Shown here piece by piece: positions 1 through 7,505 of a stretch of 64,000 nucleotides of DNA; position 1 is the stretch's first letter, and the number at the start of each line of letters is the position of its first letter. Origin of the DNA: Clostridia bacterium (GTDB lineage: Bacteria > Bacillota > Clostridia > UMGS1810). The DNA lies in assembly GCA_045545635.1 (NCBI GenBank), contig JAZQBI010000069.1, positions 13,991 through 77,990 of the forward strand, read 5' to 3'. A program made the translations under genes and the position numbers. The notes below the pieces were generated by a model. The model ran no database searches. It had not been told where the DNA came from and saw only the letters and a list, made by a program, of their open reading frames with translations.

Positions 1-1702
1 GTATTTTCATCTCAACAGTAAAAATGTCATCCTTTGCTCTTACGGTGCATCCGTAGTTATCGCCAAATATAAGACGCAATCGCTTGTTTACATTTTTAAG
101 ACCGATGTTCTTGCTGGAGGGCATATCGCCGTTTTTCATAGATTCCTGAATTTTTCTTACGGTGTCCTCATCAATGTGGCTGCAGGTGTTGGAAACAGTA
201 AATATTGCTGTATCACCTTCTCTGCGGATATCTATCTCAATTGTCCCTTTCGTCTCGTTGCGGAGGGATTTTACACCGTGTTTTATTGCATTTTCAATAA
301 GCGGCTGCATAGATAGCTTGACGGTGTAGCAGCCAAGCAGGCTTTCGTCCACGCTCCACACCGTATCAAAGAGGTAGGTATCAGTAAGCTTCTGAAAATC
401 CAGATATTTTTTTGCATATGCTATTTCGTCGCAGATATGTACAAGATATTTGTTGGTGTTGAGTGATTCGCAAAGTATGTCTGACAAAAGTACAATAAGC
501 GACGGATATGGAGAGTCCATGCCGTGGTCACGGGTGAGCTTCATGCTCAGCGAGTTCAGGGCATTGAAAAGAAAATGCGGATTAAACTGCATCTGCAGGG
601 TTTCTATCTGCATTTGCTTGAGGGCAAAAGCACTTGTGGTAAGCTCCTCCTGAAGGGAAATGTTTTTCTTGTGTATTCCCGAAATGCTTGATGTGATAAA
701 GGATATTTCGTTGAGAGTCTGGGGATTGGAAAGTCCCTCGGTACCGTAGCCGTCAATTTCCAGAAGAATCTGGTCTATGGAGGAATAGGACTTTATGGAT
801 ACAATAAGTGCCAGAAGAAGGGATATCACTATTGTTATAATGAGCCAGAGAACAATGTACATACCCATTTCTACTGTATAGGTTTCCCCTGCGGGAATGG
901 CAAGATTTATGTATATGCCGTTGGGATTGGAAGCCAGATAAAATATGTTTTTTCTGGACTGACTTGAGCTTTCCGCAGGGTATGATATATATCGCTTATC
1001 CATATCGCCACGGGAGAAAAACACCTTTTTTCCACCGTCGCAAAAACGTGCGGAAATATTCCCCAGATCAGGGGGCAAAAGCATATCTCCCGAAATATCA
1101 AATATAAGGACACCCTGCACTTTGTTCTTGAAAAACACATTGTAGCATATATAGAAGTTTTTTCCGTCCTTTCCCGGCAGAAAGAAGCTGTCCTTGTCAG
1201 AACGAAGCTTGCCGTACCACGGCTCTTCCGAAAATCTGTCTATATAGTTGTTTGTTCCCATAGACAAAACATATCCGCAGCTTTTGGAGTACACTGTTAT
1301 GCTGTTGATGGTATTGGATATTTCCGCAAAGTCGTCTATGAGCTTATCAAGGTCTTTGAGCTCATTTATCTGAAAGTACATATCATCCAGACTTTTTATC
1401 TGAAAAAACATAGATGCACCGGTTCTCTGAATAATGGTCATATATGCTCTGGTAGTTTCGTCCATAATATTTACCAGGTTGTTTTCCACTGTCATAAAGC
1501 TCTGCCTTGCCGACATCTCAGAACGCAGATTGAGATTTTTGTAGTAGAAGGAAGCCATTATGGTATTGAAAATAAAAAAAGGAACAAGAAAAACAACCAA
1601 AAAAAGTTTGCAGTAGTAGTAGAATATACTATTTTTCTTGAAAATCCTTACATTCCGGAAGTAATTTTCAAAAAGAGATCGCAACTTCTTTATTATGTTC
1701 AT
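1..1702 (-). CDS. Sensor histidine kinase, YesM-like; C-terminal end runs off the window start
   Basis: Not in the ORF track because it has no in-window stop. My translation from ATG 1702 reads MNIIKKLRSLFENYF... Two hydrophobic segments (FYYYCKLFLVVFLVPFFIF and MGMYIVLWLIITIVISLLLALIV). H-box-like LQMQFNPHFLFNALNS, N-box PLIENAIKHG and NIGLKNVNKRL near the end. The ATGA overlap with the stop of the upstream response regulator suggests translational coupling. Confidence 0.85.
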   Translation of the reverse strand, partial: MNIIKKLRSLFENYFRNVRIFKKNSIFYYYCKLFLVVFLVPFFIFNTIMASFYYKNLNLRSEMSARQSFMTVENNLVNIMDETTRAYMTIIQRTGASMFFQIKSLDDMYFQINELKDLDKLIDDFAEISNTINSITVYSKSCGYVLSMGTNNYIDRFSEEPWYGKLRSDKDSFFLPGKDGKNFYICYNVFFKNKVQGVLIFDISGDMLLPPDLGNISARFCDGGKKVFFSRGDMDKRYISYPAESSSQSRKNIFYLASNPNGIYINLAIPAGETYTVEMGMYIVLWLIITIVISLLLALIVSIKSYSSIDQILLEIDGYGTEGLSNPQTLNEISFITSSISGIHKKNISLQEELTTSAFALKQMQIETLQMQFNPHFLFNALNSLSMKLTRDHGMDSPYPSLIVLLSDILCESLNTNKYLVHICDEIAYAKKYLDFQKLTDTYLFDTVWSVDESLLGCYTVKLSMQPLIENAIKHGVKSLRNETKGTIEIDIRREGDTAIFTVSNTCSHIDEDTVRKIQESMKNGDMPSSKNIGLKNVNKRLRLIFGDNYGCTVRAKDDIFTVEMKI

Positions 1703-2907
1703 TCATCGTCCCTCACAAATTTGTTTTTGTATTCTGCAGGAGTCATATTGTATTGTTTTTTGAACTTCTCGTAAAAGTTACCCATATGGTTATATCCAAC
1801 CATTTCGCATACATCGTTCACTTTGAGGCTCTTTTTTTCCAGAAGCTTTGCCGCATTGGTTATGCGTATCTGGGTAAGCATATCTATAAACCGCTTTCCG
1901 GTTATTTTCTTGAAATAAGTGCTGAAATACGACGGTGACATATACACATAGTCAGCAACCTCTTTCATGGAAAGGTCCTTTGAAAAGTTCTGTTGCATAT
2001 ACATAACCGCCTTGGCTATGGTGCGGTTTTCTATTGCTGTTTCGGACTGAACCGGACGGGAGGATTCCACAAGCTCCTGAATATTTCCGTAGGACCTGCG
2101 GTAGTTTACGGAAAGACTCATACCAAAGATTTCCTCCAATGTGGACATTAGCCGTATTTCAAAATCTCCTACAGTTTTTTCGGTATTTGTGTTCTTTTTG
2201 TGTATGACAATCCACACTATATTTCCGTAGGCGTAGTTCGCCAGAGAGAAATAGGCATCCTTTGTTTCAAAGGGTACGGCATTGCTTATTGCATAGTAGA
2301 GCTTGAGTGCACTGTATTTCCATGTTTTTTCCACAAAAGTATCGAAATTCTCTATGTGAAATTTAACAACGGACAAGGATGAATCAACATCTGCGGGAGA
2401 TATGCCAAGTTCCACAAGAGCCTTGTCGGTTTGCTCGCGGTTTTCATCATATTGATACAGCAGATTTGAAAAGAACTCAAGGCGTTTTCCGAGAATCTCC
2501 TCGGAGGAAAACTCCGAGTATCCTGTCGCAGCACGAAGATTCTCCTCAAGTGAACGCAGAAGGTCCACCAACTTTTGGAAATCAAGGGGTTTTGTAAGGT
2601 AGTCAACCACATTGCGGTAGCGTATTGCCTGCCTTGCAAACTCGAAATTTCTGAATGCACTGAGCAGTATTATTTTTATGTTCGGAAGTTCGTTTTCGCA
2701 TATTCTGACAATTTCAAGTCCGTCGGGCTCTTCCATAGCTATGTCGGTAAGTATCACATCAACATGATTATTGTGAGCATATTCCATAGCCTTGCGGCTG
2801 TCGGTAAAAATTTCCGCAAGTTCAAATCCCAGACTGTTCCAGGGTATTATTTCTTTTATGGATTCCACAACCACGGGGTTGTCGTCAATGGCTATTATTC
2901 TGAACAT
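1699..2907 (-). CDS. Two-component response regulator, REC + AraC-type HTH (YesN-like)
   Basis: 402 aa. REC features AIDDN, DVILTDIAMEEPDG, ILLSA and YLTKP. C-terminal AraC HTH (SPSYFSTYFKK...GYNHMGNFYEKFKKQYNMTPAEY). Coupled to the downstream kinase. Confidence 0.9.
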   Translation of the reverse strand: MFRIIAIDDNPVVVESIKEIIPWNSLGFELAEIFTDSRKAMEYAHNNHVDVILTDIAMEEPDGLEIVRICENELPNIKIILLSAFRNFEFARQAIRYRNVVDYLTKPLDFQKLVDLLRSLEENLRAATGYSEFSSEEILGKRLEFFSNLLYQYDENREQTDKALVELGISPADVDSSLSVVKFHIENFDTFVEKTWKYSALKLYYAISNAVPFETKDAYFSLANYAYGNIVWIVIHKKNTNTEKTVGDFEIRLMSTLEEIFGMSLSVNYRRSYGNIQELVESSRPVQSETAIENRTIAKAVMYMQQNFSKDLSMKEVADYVYMSPSYFSTYFKKITGKRFIDMLTQIRITNAAKLLEKKSLKVNDVCEMVGYNHMGNFYEKFKKQYNMTPAEYKNKFVRDDE

Positions 2908-2973
2908 AGTTCATCCTCCGCAAGTAAATAGCTTTGTAATTATAGTTTACCACGGATTATTTGTTTTTTGTAT

Positions 2974-3007
2974 GCGTTTTTTTTGGTTTTTGTGTCGTTT
3001 TTTTTGG
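2974..3007. promoter_or_regulatory. Direct repeat GCGTTTTTTTTGG / TCGTTTTTTTTGG with exactly 21-bp phasing; candidate AraC-type operator
   Basis: The CG dinucleotides sit at 2975 and 2996. The repeats lie just upstream of a TTGAAA (3025-3030) / TGcTATATT (3046-3054) promoter-like pair for the GH127-like gene. Confidence 0.4.
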
Positions 3008-3098
3008 CACTTTTCTGCCCCGTGTTGAAAATCGCCAATGCCATATGCTATATTACTATAGTAGATTAATTCAGCCAATATGTCAAGGAGTGAAAATC

Positions 3099-5066
3099 AT
3101 GAGAAGTTTGTATAAACCGATGACAGCCAATTATCCGAGGCTTAACACGGATGTGTTTTTTTCAGATTACGGTAATGAGTTTGATTTTAACGGTCTTATT
3201 GGTAAAACGATAAAGTATATAGAAGACTTTCAGTTTTTAAATCCCGTTTTGTGGGAGCGGTTTGTTCAGCAGTTTCGTGAGGATGCCGACTTTGAGGGCG
3301 GATGGCGAGGAGAATACTGGGGCAAAAGCATGAGAGGTGCGGCACTGGTTTATTCCTGCACCCGCAATCCCGAACTCTACAAGGCAATGACCGATACCGT
3401 GGAGTCCATTCTGAAAGCACAGGACAAGGACGGAAGAATATCCAGTTATGCTTCTGCCCATGAGTTTGAAGCATGGGATTTGTGGGGCAGAAAGTATGTT
3501 CTTCTGGGTATGCAGTATTTTCTGGAAATATGCGAAGACGAGGATTTGTACAAAAGAATTGTAAGCTCTATGTGCACTCAGGTTGACTATATAATGACAA
3601 AAATAGGTTACAAGGAAGATGGCAAAAAGCCCATCACAAGTGCCACAAGACATTGGAGAGGCCTGAATTCTTCATCAATTCTGGAGCCTGTTGTCCGTCT
3701 TTATTCCCTCACAGGGGTGGCGAAGTATCTGGATTTTGCCGGATATATAGTTTCCGAAGGCGGCATGGATGTGGCAAACGTCTTTGACCTTGCCTATGAG
3801 AAGAAGCTCAGATTATGGCAGTACCCTGCCACAAAAGCATACGAAATGACCTCCTGCTTTGAGGGACTTCTGGAGTATTACAGAATCACAGGGGAGAAAA
3901 GATACAAAACTGCAATAATAAATTTTGCAGACCTCATCCTTGAGGATGAATTCACGGTAATAGGCACAAGCGGTTGTACCCACGAGCTTTTTGACCATTC
4001 CACGGTAAGACAGGCAAACACAACAAACGGTCTCAAGGCTCAGGAAACCTGCGTAACGGTTACTCTTATGAAGTTTTTCTGGCAGCTCACACTTCTTACG
4101 GGTGATGCAAAATATGCCGATGCATTCGAAAGGTCGATCTACAACGCATACCTTGGTGCCGTAAATACCCAAAAGGTTATAGAGCCGTCCATAAGGGCAA
4201 CCTTTCCCGATGATGTGCTGGAGCCTCTTCCTTTTGACAGCTACAGCCCCCTTACTGCCGGAACAAGAGGAAACGGTGTAGGCGGTCTTATGAAAATGAG
4301 CGACGGACACTATTACGGATGCTGTGCATGTATCGGCGGAGCAGGTCTTGGTATTGCGGCAAAGATGGCGGTTCTGGCTGGAAGAGATTCTATTGTAATA
4401 AATCTGTATATAAACGGAACGATAAAGACATATTCACCAAGCGGAAAGGAAGTTGTCATAAGAATAAATACAGACTATCCGAAATACGGAAATGTGGAAA
4501 TTACCGTTTGTACAGATGAAGAATTTCCTCTTTTTGTAAGAAACCCCAAGTGGAGCAAGAATACAACTGTAAAGGTAAACGGCAAAAACATTGATTGCGA
4601 AGCCGGTTACACAAAGGTTGACATAAAAGGGGAAACTGTGATTGAGCTGGATTTTGATATGTCAACATATGTTATTTATCCGGAAGGCTACGGCTCTCAG
4701 GTACTTATGAATGAGGTTATATGGGGCTACAACTATGTAATCCCCAACTTTGACGAGGAGGATCCTCTTGCAAAGTATCACATTGCACTAAGCAGAGGTC
4801 CGCTTGTTCTTGCGGCAGAAAACCGTCTTGGTTACAGTGTGGACGATTCCTTTGATATCAGAATAGAATCCGACGGTACGGTGGATGCAAAAATCCCCTC
4901 CGTAGCTACAGCTCCCTATGAAAATATTCTGGAGGTTACAGTTCCGCTAAAGGATGGCGGCGAGATGACGCTTACGGATTATGCCTCTGCAGGAAAACTC
5001 TGGAATGAGGAGAGCAAAATGGCTGCATGGATAAAAACAAACACACCCCGTCCCGAAAAAAACTGA
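3099..5066 (+). CDS. GH127/GH146-like (DUF1680) glycoside hydrolase, putative beta-L-arabinofuranosidase type
   Basis: Start taken at ATG 3099, 8 nt after AAGGAG (3085-3090). The ORF-track start at 2961 is a TTG inside the T-rich promoter region. QETC and GCCAC strings, about 90 aa apart, resemble the Glu/Cys and Cys-Cys zinc and nucleophile site described for GH127 HypBA1. Confidence 0.7.
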   Translation: MRSLYKPMTANYPRLNTDVFFSDYGNEFDFNGLIGKTIKYIEDFQFLNPVLWERFVQQFREDADFEGGWRGEYWGKSMRGAALVYSCTRNPELYKAMTDTVESILKAQDKDGRISSYASAHEFEAWDLWGRKYVLLGMQYFLEICEDEDLYKRIVSSMCTQVDYIMTKIGYKEDGKKPITSATRHWRGLNSSSILEPVVRLYSLTGVAKYLDFAGYIVSEGGMDVANVFDLAYEKKLRLWQYPATKAYEMTSCFEGLLEYYRITGEKRYKTAIINFADLILEDEFTVIGTSGCTHELFDHSTVRQANTTNGLKAQETCVTVTLMKFFWQLTLLTGDAKYADAFERSIYNAYLGAVNTQKVIEPSIRATFPDDVLEPLPFDSYSPLTAGTRGNGVGGLMKMSDGHYYGCCACIGGAGLGIAAKMAVLAGRDSIVINLYINGTIKTYSPSGKEVVIRINTDYPKYGNVEITVCTDEEFPLFVRNPKWSKNTTVKVNGKNIDCEAGYTKVDIKGETVIELDFDMSTYVIYPEGYGSQVLMNEVIWGYNYVIPNFDEEDPLAKYHIALSRGPLVLAAENRLGYSVDDSFDIRIESDGTVDAKIPSVATAPYENILEVTVPLKDGGEMTLTDYASAGKLWNEESKMAAWIKTNTPRPEKN

Positions 5067-5163
5067 AAAATAGTAAAAAACCGAAATTAAAAACAAAAAA
5101 ACCGCATTTTATTTTTTCGTTAATTATGATATAATTAGTATTGTGTAGATTTGTTTGCAAAAA

Positions 5164-5187
5164 GCCGGATAAGAAAAATCATCCGGC
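5164..5187 (+). promoter_or_regulatory. 7-bp stem hairpin GCCGGAT(N10)ATCCGGC immediately 5' of the permease RBS
   Basis: Perfect inverted repeat read directly from the sequence. Its function (processing, stability or attenuation) is unknown. Confidence 0.3.
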
Positions 5188-5202
5188 AGAATGGAGAAAG
5201 TT

Positions 5203-6132
5203 ATGGAAAATATAATCAAAAAGAAAAAAAGACGTGATCCCAGCACATGGCAGTTATGGTCACTGAGTCTGATTCCTGCGGCTTTGGTTCTTCTTTTCAG
5301 CTATGTGCCCATGTTTGGTATAATAATAGCATTTAAGGACTACAAGTTTGCCAGAGGTATATTCGGAAGCGAATGGAACGGACTTGATAACTTCAAATAC
5401 CTTCTCGGTTCAAATACCTTTTTCAGAATTACAAGAAACACTCTTGTTATGAACCTTATATTTATATTTGTAGGTCTTGTTGCTGCGGTTTCTCTTGCAG
5501 TTGTTCTGTACAGACTTACCAGCAGACGTTTTACCAAGGTGTATCAGACAATCCTCATTACACCAAACTTTCTCTCCTGGGTTGTTGTAGCTTACATGGC
5601 ATATGCAATACTTCACCCGCAGAACGGTACCTTAAATCAGCTTCTTGGTGTTTTTGGCATCAAGCCGGTTGACTGGTACGGTGAGCCCGGTGCATGGCCA
5701 TTCATACTGACTGTTGCCAACGTGTGGAAGCATGTAGGTATGAACTCTGTTATTTACTATGCGGCTCTTATGGGGATAGATGCCTCTCTCTTTGAAGCGG
5801 CAGAGGTTGACGGTGCAACATCCCGTCAGGTTACAAGATACATACTTATTCCCTGTATCACAAGCATAATGATTATGCTCACTATCCTCAACATAGGCAG
5901 TATTTTCAGAGCGGACTTCGGTCTCTTCTTCCAGGTACCGAGAAATGTCGGTGCACTCTATGAGACAACGGATGTTATCGATACATACATTTTCCGTTCT
6001 CTCCGTACAGCAAATACCAATCTGGGTGTTACCACTGCGGTAGGTTTCCTCCAGTCCTTTGTAGGTCTTGTTATGGTTGTTACCACAAACTATATTGTAG
6101 GTAAGATAGATCCTGACAGCCAGTTATTCTGA
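5203..6132 (+). CDS. Carbohydrate ABC transporter permease (LplB/MalF-like)
   Basis: Multi-pass membrane protein with EAA loop FEAAEVDGATSRQVTRYILIP. ATG 5203 follows GGAGA (5193-5197). The ORF-track start at 5191 has no RBS. Confidence 0.85.
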   Translation: MENIIKKKKRRDPSTWQLWSLSLIPAALVLLFSYVPMFGIIIAFKDYKFARGIFGSEWNGLDNFKYLLGSNTFFRITRNTLVMNLIFIFVGLVAAVSLAVVLYRLTSRRFTKVYQTILITPNFLSWVVVAYMAYAILHPQNGTLNQLLGVFGIKPVDWYGEPGAWPFILTVANVWKHVGMNSVIYYAALMGIDASLFEAAEVDGATSRQVTRYILIPCITSIMIMLTILNIGSIFRADFGLFFQVPRNVGALYETTDVIDTYIFRSLRTANTNLGVTTAVGFLQSFVGLVMVVTTNYIVGKIDPDSQLF

Positions 6133-6151
6133 TAAGAAAGGAGATACAGAT

Positions 6152-7045
6152 ATGACTACTGCAAAAATTGCTAAAATCAAAAGAATGCAGATAGGAAGAA
6201 AGATTTTTCTCGCCTTACTGTGTGCTGTTGTTGTATATCCTTTGTGGATGCTTATATCCGTTTCCCTTTCGTCGGAAGCTGATATTTCCAAATACGGCTA
6301 TCTTCTTATTCCCAAAAAAGTTGATTTTGCCGCATACAAATATGTGTTTTCAAACCCAACGGCTATTATAGATGCGTACAAGGTAACATTCTTTTTCTCG
6401 GTTGTTTCTATGGCGCTTTCCGTGATTTTGCAGTCTATGATAGCATACCCTCTCTCCAAGAAAACATTTAAGGCAAAGAGAGGTCTTTCTTTCTATCTTT
6501 ACTTTACAATGCTCTTTGGCGGCGGTATGGTACCTACATACATACTTCTTACCCGCTATCTTCACCTTGATGATACAATCTGGATATACATTCTTCCCGC
6601 ACTTATAAGTCCCTGGAATGTGTTTATGATGCGTACGTTCTTCTCGCAGATTCCCTACGAAATTTCTGAGTCGGTACTGGTTGACGGCGGTAATGAATAT
6701 ATTATATATGCAAAGTTTATACTGCCTCTTTCCAAACCCGTGCTTGCAACCATCGCTCTTCTTACCTTCCTTGGTAAGTGGAATTCCTGGTCAGAATCTA
6801 TGCTCTACATAAATAACCCCAAGCTCTACAGCCTGCAGTTCCTCCTGCAGGAAATTATGCAGAAGGTAGAGATGCTCCAGAACTCCAACATCGGTATGAA
6901 TGTACAGCTCGATGTTTCCGATATTCCATCGGAAACTGCCCGTATGGCAATGGCAATGGTAGTTGCCGGACCTGCACTTATTGTGTTCCCATTCTTCCAG
7001 AAGTATTTTGTAAAGGGACTAACAGTAGGTTCCGTGAAAGGTTAA
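6152..7045 (+). CDS. Carbohydrate ABC transporter permease (LplC/MalG-like)
   Basis: 297 aa, multi-pass. EAA-like loop ESVLVDGGNEYIIYAKFILPLSKP. RBS AAAGGAGA upstream. Confidence 0.85.
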   Translation: MTTAKIAKIKRMQIGRKIFLALLCAVVVYPLWMLISVSLSSEADISKYGYLLIPKKVDFAAYKYVFSNPTAIIDAYKVTFFFSVVSMALSVILQSMIAYPLSKKTFKAKRGLSFYLYFTMLFGGGMVPTYILLTRYLHLDDTIWIYILPALISPWNVFMMRTFFSQIPYEISESVLVDGGNEYIIYAKFILPLSKPVLATIALLTFLGKWNSWSESMLYINNPKLYSLQFLLQEIMQKVEMLQNSNIGMNVQLDVSDIPSETARMAMAMVVAGPALIVFPFFQKYFVKGLTVGSVKG

Positions 7046-7135
7046 TTGTAGGGAATGTAAAATAAAGCGCAGACCGCTTATAGGCTTATTATTGACATTT
7101 CGGTAGTCTTGAATATAGTAAAATAATAAAAATTA

Positions 7136-7169
7136 GAAACCTGCAAATTTGCAGGTTTCTGTTATTTTT
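7136..7169 (+). terminator. Rho-independent terminator
   Basis: GAAACCTGCA-AATT-TGCAGGTTTC hairpin followed by TGTTATTTTT. Confidence 0.8.
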
Positions 7170-7500
7170 AGCCTATAAGCTCTAAGCGAACTTCACCTCT
7201 CGACGTGCCCTCGCACGCCTTCGGGTACCCCTCGCAAGACAAGCTTGCTTCGGTTCAGTTCGCTTATTCTGCATCTTTTTTTACATTCCCTTTTTCGGCA
7301 GGAGCAAAAGACACTCCACCTCATCACCGCCTATGGCGGAGCCTCTCCTCAAGGAGAAGCCTTTCCCTGTCCTGCAAGGGGTTATTTTAAGTGTTGGTTG
7401 TTAAGGCTATCTTTTTGCTTTCTTATTCCCATATTTTCAATGCGGAATGCAGGGCAGGAGCAAGCTCCTGCCCTGCAAAGGGTTAATTAATCGGTAATCC
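7170..7500. repeat. GC-rich, hairpin-dense non-coding element (REP-like or possible small RNA)
   Basis: 9-bp inverted repeat AAGCGAACT (7184-7192) / AGTTCGCTT (7259-7267). Hairpins CCGCC-TAT-GGCGG (from about 7328) and TCTCC-TCAA-GGAGA (from about 7344). Perfect 13-bp hairpin GCAGGGCAGGAGC-AA-GCTCCTGCCCTGC (7449-7476). Direct repeats CCTG(T/C)CCTGCAA(G/A)GGGTTA and GGCAGGAGCAA. Shares several 8-9 nt words with 63780-63950. Confidence 0.5.
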
Positions 7501-7505
7501 GGCGG

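Noticed and set aside
2961-3098. N-terminal extension of the GH127-like ORF (ORF-track start 2961, MFFVCVFFGF...)
   Set aside because: It starts at a TTG inside the T-rich repeat and promoter region and translates poly-Phe/Val from T-runs. A strong AAGGAG lies 8 nt before ATG 3099.
7205-7490. Two overlapping plus-strand ORFs (61 and 81 aa) in the GC-rich element
   Set aside because: There is no RBS. The translations are low-complexity Ser/Pro/Leu/Phe text dictated by the hairpin repeats. They are better explained as a non-coding repeat (see finding).
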